64,000 nt of DNA from a virus, in UHGV virus genome UHGV-0209617. One strand, given 5' to 3'. Position 1 is the stretch's first letter, and each line of letters opens with the position of its first letter. The translations under genes and the position numbers were made by a program. Positions 55,675-64,000 of the stretch are shown here, in pieces. Under the pieces are notes generated by a model. That model saw nothing but the letters and a program-made list of their open reading frames with translations. It was not told the origin of the DNA and did not search any database.

Positions 55675-58029
55675 ATGATAAAGTTTTACGATAGCATGGG
55701 AGCCGCCCAGGGCATATCCGTCCTGTCGGACCTGGTGGATGCCTGTGACTTCTGGCAAAATGGCAAAGAGATTAAGTCGGGCAGTATTGCAAGAAGCTCA
55801 ACGGACAGCCTTATTTATGCTGAGTGCATTGCAGGAGGCATAACAGGTGATGCAGAACCCATCTGGGGGATAACAGATGGAACAGAGATAAACGATGGCA
55901 GCGTTAAATGGAAGGTGCATGATTTAAGAAAGGCACTTACTGCAGAAACGACTGACAGGTTCTCAGTTCCAAGGAAAATAAACGGCATAGAATTTGATGG
56001 CAGCAAGGATATAATCCTTCCGGCAGATTCCGTAGACGAGTCCACCTACATTGCAAAGGGACTGAAGGTTGGCGGTTTCTCTGGGAAGGATTTATTTATT
56101 TCCAGCGGTACGGCAAAGGTCAATGGCCGTACTGTAAACTTTGATGGTGGCAGCATTGAATTAGGGGAAAGGGAAACAGCCCTTGTTCATGTCACGGCAG
56201 AGGGGAAGCTGGGCAAGCGAAAGGCGGCATATCCAACGGAGTGGATTGATGACAATACCATTGGCTTTTGGATTTTCAACAAGACAATAGCTGGTGATGC
56301 CGTGCCTAACATTGCTGTTGGAAAGTCAGCTGTAGCACAGAAAAATGACTTCATTCCATACGGTGGCATTACATCGGTTGATGGTTGGGCGGATTATTCC
56401 CTGCAGACTGATGTGGCAACAGGTTATTTTGAGCTTCAGAATAACCTTGGCTTTATGACGGGTGTTGTGCCATTTGAGTACAACATCCTTATAACACCAG
56501 ATAAGATTGATGGCTCTACAGACTTCATTTTCAATTATGCAGGAAATGTTACGACCATATACATCAACAGCAACGGCCTTCTTTACTGCGGTGGTCAGAA
56601 CACTGGCTATATCTGCGAGACAGGGAGAACCTTCTTCCTGACCTATCAGTATGATGGCAGGATTGCCTATGTGTATATTGACGGAAGGCTTGTATTCCAG
56701 GTTACAGTAAATATCTCTCTTTCTCTGAATACCAGCCAGAACACAAGAATTGGCTGTGCCTATGATAAGTCGGATATGTTTCCGGCCACATTCCATTTCG
56801 TGGAGATCAGAAAAGCAATCCGTAAGCCGGAGGAGATTGCACATATATCAAATGAACTGCTTTTGCCATGCTTCTATGAAAAGGGCAGTTCTACTTATCC
56901 TGTCATTCCATCTGAGTATACCAATTATGCCGAGTGGAAATTCGATGATGAGACACCGGATACTTTGAAGGAAACCAACGGTATCAATAGCGGTGTGGTC
57001 GGCAGTACTGTTACTCCCACACAGGAAGAAAGCCAGCTTGGACTTGGCAAGGCTATGCGTTTTACGGGAGCCAATACCTGCTATATGAGTATCGGCACCA
57101 TTACAATCCCAGAGGAGTTTACCATCATAGCTGTAGCTAATCCATTCCAGCTCACTGGACTGAACCGAATCTTTGGCAACAAGATTGGTGCAAGCCAAAC
57201 CTTCATGTTCTGCTCCTCACAGGATGGAACGCTTGGAGTGTCATTTTACACGGGAAATCAGAACAGCAACTCATGGATTAACTCTGGCCTTAAGCCGAAT
57301 GTGGGAATGGAAAACTTCATTGCTCTTAGGACTACCGCCAAGAATCACTATTTTAGAGTGAACAGGGAAACGGCAGTAAGGCAAAATGCTTATTGGAGAA
57401 AGCCGGTATCTACAGAATTTGCCATAGGTGCCTGCTATGACAATAACTATCCATTCAAGGGTACATTAGCCTATCTGCTCTTTGTGCCTAGAGCCTTGAC
57501 TGATGCAGAAATAGAGGAAATGTATGACTGCCTTATGGTAAAGGGCAGGAAGAACATCATTGATGATATGGTTCCCGCAGATGCCGCAGTTGTTGCCATG
57601 GCAAGGGCTGATGGGGAGTCTGTCATTGAGTATAACGATGCTGACTACAAGTTCGGCAGGCGAGAAGGCGCGGTTGGCGGCAATAGGAAGGTGTTCCTTG
57701 GCTATAAGTATTTCTCTGGCACATCGGTATTATCATGGGATAACCCATTCGGGACAAGCAGAGTGAAACGATACTTCACATGGGCATCTGATGCCAAGGG
57801 TACCAATGAGATTGAAGCCATGAAGATGGTCTATGTGTATAACACTGGCTGGGGAGGTCTGTGGCCATTCTCGGATTCTGACACAGGAAACGATGATATG
57901 AAGATTACCTGTTATGTTAGCACCGTCTATGGAGGTGTTGCTCTATACAACGGAGCATGGAAATCCTCTGGCTATATTGGCTGCTATGTGGAGGTAATGG
58001 AAGATTATACGGGGGTTGATGGCAGATGA
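55675..58029 (+). CDS. Tail fibre / receptor-binding protein (putative)
   Basis: 784 aa; last large gene of the tail module. Confidence 0.5.
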   Translation: MIKFYDSMGAAQGISVLSDLVDACDFWQNGKEIKSGSIARSSTDSLIYAECIAGGITGDAEPIWGITDGTEINDGSVKWKVHDLRKALTAETTDRFSVPRKINGIEFDGSKDIILPADSVDESTYIAKGLKVGGFSGKDLFISSGTAKVNGRTVNFDGGSIELGERETALVHVTAEGKLGKRKAAYPTEWIDDNTIGFWIFNKTIAGDAVPNIAVGKSAVAQKNDFIPYGGITSVDGWADYSLQTDVATGYFELQNNLGFMTGVVPFEYNILITPDKIDGSTDFIFNYAGNVTTIYINSNGLLYCGGQNTGYICETGRTFFLTYQYDGRIAYVYIDGRLVFQVTVNISLSLNTSQNTRIGCAYDKSDMFPATFHFVEIRKAIRKPEEIAHISNELLLPCFYEKGSSTYPVIPSEYTNYAEWKFDDETPDTLKETNGINSGVVGSTVTPTQEESQLGLGKAMRFTGANTCYMSIGTITIPEEFTIIAVANPFQLTGLNRIFGNKIGASQTFMFCSSQDGTLGVSFYTGNQNSNSWINSGLKPNVGMENFIALRTTAKNHYFRVNRETAVRQNAYWRKPVSTEFAIGACYDNNYPFKGTLAYLLFVPRALTDAEIEEMYDCLMVKGRKNIIDDMVPADAAVVAMARADGESVIEYNDADYKFGRREGAVGGNRKVFLGYKYFSGTSVLSWDNPFGTSRVKRYFTWASDAKGTNEIEAMKMVYVYNTGWGGLWPFSDSDTGNDDMKITCYVSTVYGGVALYNGAWKSSGYIGCYVEVMEDYTGVDGR

Positions 58030-58259
58030 TGTATTACAACAGAAAAACAGGAGACTTGAGCAGTGTTCCACCATGGGGCGCTGCTTTTTTACTGCCCAAA
58101 ATCAGGAAGGCAAGATTTCCAGATTGGGAAGAAGTGGATGATGGCTTTGTTCCAAAGAATAAGAAGGTTGAGCTATCTGAGCCTGAAACCAGCAAGGCTG
58201 ACATCGAGCTTGCTGAGGCTTTAATAGAAATCTACAGCATATTGGAGGAGAGAAAATGA
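58026..58259 (+). CDS. Hypothetical small phage protein
   Basis: 77 aa, overlapping starts/stops with neighbours. Confidence 0.3.
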   Translation: MMYYNRKTGDLSSVPPWGAAFLLPKIRKARFPDWEEVDDGFVPKNKKVELSEPETSKADIELAEALIEIYSILEERK

Positions 58260-58414
58260 AGATTTACAAGTACAAGGCAAAGGCCTACGCAGTGCTGGTA
58301 AAGGCAGGAAGGTACATACTGTCTGAAGATCAGAGGGAGAACAAGAAGCAGGAGCTTGTACCAGAGGAGTATGCAGATCTTGTGGCAGAGATTCTTCTTG
58401 GAGGCGATAGCTGA
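58256..58414 (+). CDS. XkdX-like small phage protein (52 aa, not in ORF track)
   Basis: ATG 58256 overlaps the preceding stop; MKIYKYKAKAYAVLVKAGRYILSEDQRENKKQELVPEEYADLVAEILLGGDS; stop at 58412-58414 overlaps the next start. Confidence 0.4.
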   Translation: MKIYKYKAKAYAVLVKAGRYILSEDQRENKKQELVPEEYADLVAEILLGGDS

Positions 58415-58782
58415 TGGATGAGAGGGATGTAGTCATGCTTTACATCCAGGTTGGTGGTGCGTTACTTGTCAGTGCCATCACAGGCGTAATGGGTGCTCTG
58501 GTACGTGAGGTATGGGCGCTTAGAAAGGAACGACAGGAAAAAGCCATAGAGGAAGAAGCTGAACGGGGAAAACGCAGAAAGGCATTAAAGGCACTCTTGA
58601 AGTTTCAGCTTCATCGCTCCTGGCAGTATCACACCAGCAATGGCTTCATGCCAGCCAACGAGATGAGCCTTCAGACAGAGCTGTATGAGGCTTATCACGA
58701 TATGGGAGGTAACGGCACCGGGACAAAGCTCTATAACGAGATGATGGAGCTGCCACATATCAAGCACACGGAGGTAAAGTAA
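58414..58782 (+). CDS. Hypothetical membrane protein (one predicted transmembrane helix), lysis-module associated
   Basis: Hydrophobic N-terminus LYIQVGGALLVSAITGVMGALV; precedes the holin. Confidence 0.35.
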   Translation: MDERDVVMLYIQVGGALLVSAITGVMGALVREVWALRKERQEKAIEEEAERGKRRKALKALLKFQLHRSWQYHTSNGFMPANEMSLQTELYEAYHDMGGNGTGTKLYNEMMELPHIKHTEVK

Positions 58783-59087
58783 TGAAGAACTTAATAGTAC
58801 AGTTTTCTGCATGGGCGCAGGCCAACTGGCTTGCGCTTGTTATTTTTATGATTTTTTCCATGATGGCATTCCTGTGCATGGTCATGGGAAGCTGGCTTTA
58901 TGGCTACTGGTCAAATGCTCTCTGCGGCACGAAGTTTGAACTTGGTAGCTGCTGGCAGGGAATCACTGTTGTTATCACGGGCCTTGGCGGTGTTGCAGCA
59001 CTGGCCAAGGCTGCATGGACCAAGTATTCAACGGACAGCCAGTATAACAGCATGATGGGGAGTCATCCATACGAAAGGGGTAAGTGA
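58782..59087 (+). CDS. Holin (putative)
   Basis: 101 aa with 2-3 hydrophobic helices; immediately upstream of and overlapping the endolysin start. Confidence 0.5.
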   Translation: MKNLIVQFSAWAQANWLALVIFMIFSMMAFLCMVMGSWLYGYWSNALCGTKFELGSCWQGITVVITGLGGVAALAKAAWTKYSTDSQYNSMMGSHPYERGK

Positions 59088-59659
59088 TTATGATTAAGGG
59101 TATTGATGTATCGGAGAACAACGGCACTGTAGATTGGCAGGCAGTAAAGAATGCCGGGATTGAGTTTGCTATTGTAAGAAGCTCCTATGGTAAGACGGGA
59201 GTGGATGAGAAGTTCCTGGAAAATGTAAATGGTGCTCATGCAGTGGGGCTGAAGGTTGGTGCTTACCATTATGGCTATGGCCTGACTCCGGCTGATGCAG
59301 TGCTTGAAGCAAGGAACTGCCGTGAGGTAATTGATGAGGCAGGAGTGCTTCTGGAGCTTCCTGTTTTCTATGACATGGAAGATGCTGATGGCTATAAAGA
59401 AAGACACGGATTTTGGTTTGACCCAGAGAATGCCACAGGTATCTGCAGGGCATTCCTGGATAACATTGGCCTGAACTGTGGTGTATACGCATCATACAGC
59501 TGGCTTTGTGATTTGATTGACTGGCGCAGTCTCGGCTGCTCAGTCTGGAACGCAGAATGGGGAGGTAGCGATGATATTGAAGGATATATGTGGCAGTTTA
59601 CGGAAAAGCTTTATATCTCTGGTAAGCAGTTTGATGGAAACTATCTCTACAACTGGTAA
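59084..59659 (+). CDS. Endolysin, glycoside hydrolase family 25 muramidase
   Basis: N-terminal KGIDVSENNGTVDWQAVKNAGIEFAIVRSSYGKTGVDEKF and GAYHYG match the GH25 pattern. Confidence 0.8.
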   Translation: MIMIKGIDVSENNGTVDWQAVKNAGIEFAIVRSSYGKTGVDEKFLENVNGAHAVGLKVGAYHYGYGLTPADAVLEARNCREVIDEAGVLLELPVFYDMEDADGYKERHGFWFDPENATGICRAFLDNIGLNCGVYASYSWLCDLIDWRSLGCSVWNAEWGGSDDIEGYMWQFTEKLYISGKQFDGNYLYNW

Positions 59660-59673
59660 GGCGGTGATGGGGC

Positions 59674-60093
59674 ATGAGAAAATCATTCTGGTTTGTGCTG
59701 CTGTTATTGCTCTTGTGTGTGCCGCAGCTTTCCTTTGCTGCAGAGAGGACATACCAAGTGACGGAGACAGAGCTGACGAGGTTAGAACAGAACTTGACGG
59801 AGCTATCCGAAATGAACAGCAAGCAATCAATGAACTTAGAACAGCAGAAGATACAGCTTCAGAACTCGGATTTGCAGTTGAAGCAGGCCGAAGAGAAGTA
59901 CAGTCTGCTATCCAGTCAAATGAAGAACTTGGAGAAGGAAATGCTAGAGCAGCAGGACTCATTAGAGAATGCCAGGAAATCCTTCGAACAGTTCGCCAAA
60001 GAGGAACAATTGAAGAGAGATAAGCTGAAGCGTGAAAAGAATATAGGATACTGGCTTGCAGGGATACTAGCTGTAGTATGTATTGCCAGATAA
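59674..60093 (+). CDS. Signal-peptide coiled-coil protein with C-terminal transmembrane anchor
   Basis: MRKSFWFVLLLLLLCVPQLSFA signal peptide; Gln/Glu/Lys-rich coiled coil; C-terminal IGYWLAGILAVVCIA. Confidence 0.4.
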   Translation: MRKSFWFVLLLLLLCVPQLSFAAERTYQVTETELTRLEQNLTELSEMNSKQSMNLEQQKIQLQNSDLQLKQAEEKYSLLSSQMKNLEKEMLEQQDSLENARKSFEQFAKEEQLKRDKLKREKNIGYWLAGILAVVCIAR

Positions 60094-60100
60094 GTGAAAA

Positions 60101-60140
60101 GCCCGATGTGGAGAAAAAATTTCTCTGCATCGGGCTTTTT
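60101..60140 (+). terminator. Intrinsic terminator after lysis module
   Basis: GCCCGATG..CATCGGGC hairpin followed by TTTTT. Confidence 0.6.
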
Positions 60141-60285
60141 CAGTTATTGGTCATATACATAACGAGTAGCAAACGGCGCTAATAAACGTGCGTATATAAA
60201 TTATAAAATAAGCACGAATGTTAAAATTATCTTTACAACTGTGCTTATTTAATTTATAATATAAGCACGGTTGGAGGTGATTGCC

Positions 60286-60867
60286 ATGAATGACATTGAA
60301 AAGCTTGTTGATGAGTCAGGAATGATTACAACTAGAGATATAGTGAAAAATAATCAGTCAAAAGTAGAATTTTACAATTACCTGAGAAAAAATGATTTTG
60401 AACAAGTATCGCGTGGTATATATGCTTCTAAGGATGCGTGGGTAGACCCATTATTGATTGCGCATATGAGATGTCCTAAAGCGGTGATCTCTCATGATGT
60501 GGCACTTCATTATTATGGCTTGGTTGATAGAGAGCCTTCAGCTCCAACGCTTACTATTTATTCTGGATACAACACAAGCAGGTTAAAAGAAGCAGGGTAC
60601 AAGGTGTTTTTCGTGAAGAAGGAATACCTTGATGCTGGCAAAGAAGAGGTTGTAAATTTTGATGGCAACATCATTCCTATGTATAACCTTGAAAGAACGA
60701 TGTGTGACCTTGTCAGAAACAGAAGCAGCTTTGAGATTCAAGATTTCAATGCAGCTATAAAAGCGTATGCCAGAAAAAAGGAAAAGAATCTTACAAGGCT
60801 ATTTGAATATGCGAAAATGCTTAGGGTGGAAAAATTGATGCGGTCATATATGGAGGTGCTTTTGTAA
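60286..60867 (+). CDS. abiEi: AbiEi-like antitoxin/transcriptional regulator
   Basis: ATG 60286 with GGAGGTGA 5 nt upstream; ~190 aa directly upstream of a nucleotidyltransferase-fold toxin gene; called from size, position and fold resemblance. Confidence 0.65.
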   Translation: MNDIEKLVDESGMITTRDIVKNNQSKVEFYNYLRKNDFEQVSRGIYASKDAWVDPLLIAHMRCPKAVISHDVALHYYGLVDREPSAPTLTIYSGYNTSRLKEAGYKVFFVKKEYLDAGKEEVVNFDGNIIPMYNLERTMCDLVRNRSSFEIQDFNAAIKAYARKKEKNLTRLFEYAKMLRVEKLMRSYMEVLL

Positions 60868-61721
60868 TGATCTTATCAGCTGCACAGGCAAGAGGCAGGA
60901 TTAAGAATATTGTGGCAAAAAATGGTGCGGACCCAAGACTGCTTATGAGAATTTATATGATGGAGAGATTTTTGGAACGAGTATCCCTTTCTGCATACAA
61001 GGATAATTTCATCATTAAGGGCGGAATGCTTATAACATCATTGGTTGGTATTTCCATGCGGTCAACTATGGATATTGACACAACTGTAAAAGGCCAGGAT
61101 GTAAGCATGGAAAATGCACAGCGTATTGTTAAAGAAATTGCTGACATTCAGATTGATGATGGGGTTTCTTTTGTGATTAAAGATGTAGAAAACATAATGG
61201 ATGAGATGGAATATCCAGGAATCAAATTTCACTTGGAAGTGTTATTAGACAAAATGGTTACGCCAATAAAGATTGATGTTTCTACGGGCGATGCAATTAC
61301 ACCCAGAGCGATTGAATATAATTACAAGCTTATGCTTGAAGATAGAGAAATCGGGCTGTGGAGCTATAATCTGGAAACAATCCTTGGGGAAAAATTACAG
61401 ACGATACTTGTACGTGAACGTGCAAACACCAGAATGAGAGATTTCTATGATATATGTGTATTGGTAGAAATGTATGACAGTAAGATAAATACTGTCAATT
61501 TCAAAGCAGCATATGAGGCGACCTGTAGAAAAAGAGGGTCATTACACTTATTTGGTAATGAAGGAAAAATACTGGATATAATAGCTGGTGAAAGTAAAAT
61601 GATTGATAGATGGACAAATTATCAGAAGAAGTTTTCTTATGCATCTGATATCAGTTTTGAGAAAGCTATTCAGTGTGCAAAGGGGTTAATTTCATTCTTG
61701 AAAAATAGTACCGGAAAATAA
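60867..61721 (+). CDS. abiEii: AbiEii-like nucleotidyltransferase toxin
   Basis: 284 aa; resembles AbiEii/AbiGii as remembered; start overlaps the AbiEi stop. Confidence 0.7.
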   Translation: MILSAAQARGRIKNIVAKNGADPRLLMRIYMMERFLERVSLSAYKDNFIIKGGMLITSLVGISMRSTMDIDTTVKGQDVSMENAQRIVKEIADIQIDDGVSFVIKDVENIMDEMEYPGIKFHLEVLLDKMVTPIKIDVSTGDAITPRAIEYNYKLMLEDREIGLWSYNLETILGEKLQTILVRERANTRMRDFYDICVLVEMYDSKINTVNFKAAYEATCRKRGSLHLFGNEGKILDIIAGESKMIDRWTNYQKKFSYASDISFEKAIQCAKGLISFLKNSTGK

Positions 61722-61754
61722 TATGTCAGCTTAATAGTATATGGAAATGTACGT

Positions 61755-61793
61755 CCCTATGTGGAACTTGAGGTTCTGCATAGGGTATTTTTT
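61755..61793 (+). terminator. Intrinsic terminator after AbiEii
   Basis: CCCTATG..CATAGGG hairpin followed by TATTTTTT. Confidence 0.55.
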
Positions 61794-61949
61794 GTTATCG
61801 CTGGTTCTAAAAATGGTTCTTGTTGTCCTTGTACTGTTGAGGTGAAGAATCATGACGGATTTCCGTTCAAAGAGTGCATTTCTGTCATGGGACTGTTAAA
61901 GGGGTTCGATTTGCCCTGATTTGCCGCATATAAGTAGGAGGGATGCATC

Positions 61950-62327
61950 ATGACAGAAGTAGAGAAGAAAAGAATAAAGGAGCTTCATTATCAGGGGCTG
62001 GGATATCGGAAGATTGCTGCCGAACTTGGCATGTCCCCTAATACTGTGAAATATGTAACCAAGAATCTGGTAGCTACGGATAATCATACCTGCAGGAACT
62101 GCGGCATCAAAGTTTTACAGACAGCAGGACGCAAGGAGAAGAAGTTCTGTTCAGATAAATGCCGTATGGATTGGTGGAACAGCCATCTCGATACTGTTAA
62201 TCGCAAGGGATATAAGACCTTTACCTGTAAATGCTGCAGTAAGGAATTCATGGCTTATGCCAGGACAGGCAGGAAATACTGCAGCCGGGAATGTTATTTC
62301 AAGGCTAGATATGGAGGTGCAAGATGA
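61950..62327 (+). CDS. HTH (sigma region 4-like) plus Cys-rich zinc-finger regulator of recombination module
   Basis: N-terminal KRIKELHYQGLGYRKIAAELGMSPNTVKY; C-terminal cysteine pairs CRNCG, CSDKC, CKCC, CSREC. Confidence 0.5.
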   Translation: MTEVEKKRIKELHYQGLGYRKIAAELGMSPNTVKYVTKNLVATDNHTCRNCGIKVLQTAGRKEKKFCSDKCRMDWWNSHLDTVNRKGYKTFTCKCCSKEFMAYARTGRKYCSRECYFKARYGGAR

Positions 62328-62515
62328 GTACGCCGTTGAATGAAAAGTACACACTTAGTATAAAGGAATCCGCCAAGTATTTCGGTATTGGCATGAAAAG
62401 GCTGCGGCGGCTTGCAGAAGAACATATGGACACCTTTGCTATCCGCTGTGGCAACAAGTATCTCATCATCCGCACTGAGTTTGAAGCCTTTCTGAAGGAT
62501 TCAGAAGAAATATAG
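62324..62515 (+). CDS. xis: Excisionase-like HTH protein
   Basis: 63 aa; LSIKESAKYFGIGMKRLRRLAEE is a MerR/Xis-type HTH; directly upstream of the integrase. Confidence 0.5.
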   Translation: MSTPLNEKYTLSIKESAKYFGIGMKRLRRLAEEHMDTFAIRCGNKYLIIRTEFEAFLKDSEEI

Positions 62516-62583
62516 CTTATATGCCAAATAGTAGTTGAATAATATCGCAAACAGAGTGATATATAGTGTCGGAGGTGATGAGC

Positions 62584-62808
62584 ATGCAGAAATCAGATCT
62601 TGGGGAACGGGAATACCTTAGCAAGAAGTATACTGCCGTCTTCTTCGGACTCAGTCCCAGGCGGCTTGAGCGATTCCTCAAAGCAGATGACTATGATTTT
62701 GTTGTGTATTATAAGAAAAGAACACTGATATTAAGGGAGGCCTTCAACAGATATCTCTGGAGGAATCCTGATGTAAGGGAGATGTTGAAACGTGGCAAGA
62801 CGAGGTGA
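62584..62808 (+). CDS. Second excisionase-like HTH protein
   Basis: ATG 62584 with GGAGG 8 nt upstream; YTAVFFGLSPRRLERFLK; 3' end overlaps the integrase start. Confidence 0.45.
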   Translation: MQKSDLGEREYLSKKYTAVFFGLSPRRLERFLKADDYDFVVYYKKRTLILREAFNRYLWRNPDVREMLKRGKTR

Positions 62809-64000
62809 AGTAAGAAGGGATTCAAGGAACAGGCTGTTAAGGATAGGTGAATCCCAGCGTAAAGATGGCAAGTACATGTTCAAATACCATGTGGATGGCA
62901 GACCGTATTTCGTCACCAGCTGGAGACTGCTGCCTTCAGATAGGCAGCCAAAAGGTACAAAGCCTACCCTTTCACTGAGGGAATTGGAAAAGAAGGTAGG
63001 AAGGGAAATCGACCTGCAGATGAGCCTTGAACTCAGGAACTGCACGGTTAAGGATTTGGTTGAGCGGTATTTGGCTACCAGGATTAATGCAAAGCCGAAT
63101 ACCAAGATGGGGTATAATACTGTAAAGAATGTACTGGAAAGTGAGCCCTTTTATCATAGGAAGATAAAAACAATCAAGGTATCTGATGCAAAGATATTCC
63201 TCATCAAGTTGCAGGAAAATGGCAGGAAGGCCAGCACGGTGAAATGCATCAGAGGGGTTCTCCGCCCGGCTTTTCAGATGGCTGTAGATGATGATATGCT
63301 GGTCAAGAATCCTTTTGCTTTCGAGCTGGCAGGTGTCCTGGTAAATGACTCAGTCACAAGGGAGGCTGTCAGCAGGAGGGAAATGAAAAAGTTCTTGCAG
63401 TTTGTCAGGAACGATGATTGCTACTGCAAATACTATGAGGCAGTACATATACTGTTCCATACGGGAATGCGAATATCTGAATTCTGCGGTCTGACGATAA
63501 ATGACCTTGATATGGAGAACAGAATCATAGATATAAACCATCAGCTGGTGCGTGTGGGAATGAAGCTGATAATACAGACCACAAAGACCAACGCAGGCAC
63601 CAGAAGGATTCCGATGTCTGAGGATGTATATGAAATGTTCAAGAGCATATTGGCTAACAGGCCAACAGGCATAGATGAGAAAGCCGTTGATGGGTATAAG
63701 GGGTTCCTCTACCTTGATAATGCCGGACTGCCACTTGTGGCAATGCACTGGTCAAACAGGTTCAGGCATATGGTCGGGCGCTACAATGACATTTACAAAG
63801 AACAGATGCCTAAAATCACTCCTCACGTCTGCCGCCATACCTACTGCAGCAACATGGCAAAATCGGGAATGCATCCAAAGATCCTGCAGTACCTTATGGG
63901 GCATTCGGACATTGGTGTGACGCTCAATACATATACCCACTTAGGGCTTGAGGACGCCCAGGGCGAGATGGACAGACTGAAGGATGCCCAACAGGAGATT
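62792..64000 (+). CDS. int: Tyrosine recombinase/integrase, Tn916-family-like (3' end beyond window)
   Basis: Open frame from GTG 62792 to the window edge; N-terminus RRDSRNRLLRIGESQRKDGKYMFKY resembles Tn916 Int as recalled; catalytic region HVCRHTY and LMGHSDIGVTLNTYTHL. Confidence 0.8.
   Translation, partial: MARRGEVRRDSRNRLLRIGESQRKDGKYMFKYHVDGRPYFVTSWRLLPSDRQPKGTKPTLSLRELEKKVGREIDLQMSLELRNCTVKDLVERYLATRINAKPNTKMGYNTVKNVLESEPFYHRKIKTIKVSDAKIFLIKLQENGRKASTVKCIRGVLRPAFQMAVDDDMLVKNPFAFELAGVLVNDSVTREAVSRREMKKFLQFVRNDDCYCKYYEAVHILFHTGMRISEFCGLTINDLDMENRIIDINHQLVRVGMKLIIQTTKTNAGTRRIPMSEDVYEMFKSILANRPTGIDEKAVDGYKGFLYLDNAGLPLVAMHWSNRFRHMVGRYNDIYKEQMPKITPHVCRHTYCSNMAKSGMHPKILQYLMGHSDIGVTLNTYTHLGLEDAQGEMDRLKDAQQEI

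Larger units (their letters stand above)
19880..64000 (+). mobile_element. Prophage (siphovirus-like, HK97-type head); right end beyond window; left boundary approximate
   Basis: Co-oriented early/replication, packaging, head, tail, lysis and xis/int modules, all on the plus strand. Confidence 0.8.

Noticed and set aside
59540-60130. 196 aa minus-strand ORF
   Set aside because: Antisense to the endolysin 3' end and the coiled-coil protein, and spans a plus-strand terminator.
61896-61925. GGGGTTCGATTTGCCC, a T-loop-like motif suggesting a tRNA
   Set aside because: Flanking sequence cannot form acceptor, D or anticodon arms; no tRNA structure present.
1-64000. CRISPR arrays, rRNA and tRNA genes
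   Set aside because: No regularly spaced direct repeats with unique spacers and no rRNA- or tRNA-like conserved segments were seen on manual inspection; a dedicated scan was not possible.

Overview
AT-rich, low-GC Gram-positive-type sequence (GGAGG-type ribosome binding sites) that is almost entirely accessory DNA. All calls are from reading the sequence and the six-frame ORF track by eye; no database search was run, and every DUF/family name is recalled from memory. Three blocks: (1) 1-2270, a decayed prophage packaging junction: terminase large-subunit 3' end running in from upstream, an AbrB-type antitoxin plus putative toxin pair flanked by a ~215 bp imperfect direct repeat of the terminase 3' end, and a truncated portal gene. 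(2) 2300-19600, a cargo island: a family of small secreted paralogs with a near-identical 5' module and divergent bodies (three intact, one frameshifted and truncated), a frameshifted zeta-toxin-like kinase, a Sel1/DUF6273-like protein, and a complete four-gene LlaJI-type restriction-modification operon (two N6-adenine methyltransferases, McrB-like GTPase, McrC-like nuclease) preceded by a Phd/YefM-like small gene, a 32 bp palindrome and a near-consensus promoter. (3) 19900-64000, an apparently intact siphovirus-like prophage: sigma-70-like regulator, family A DNA polymerase replication module, packaging, HK97-type head, tail, lysis, an AbiEi/AbiEii pair, and a Tn916-family xis/int module running off the window end. 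The packaging module is unusually loaded with cargo: about 4.7 kb separates the small and large terminase genes (ParB-methyltransferase fusion, amidoligase plus gamma-glutamyl cyclotransferase-like pair, duplicated consensus promoters), and a Phd-Doc pair sits between terminase and portal. Most likely to be new: the amidoligase/GGCT cassette with its C-terminal-module partner protein, the Phd-like gene plus palindrome as a candidate controller of the RM operon, and the secreted constant-5'/variable-body paralog family. No rRNA, tRNA or CRISPR array was found.
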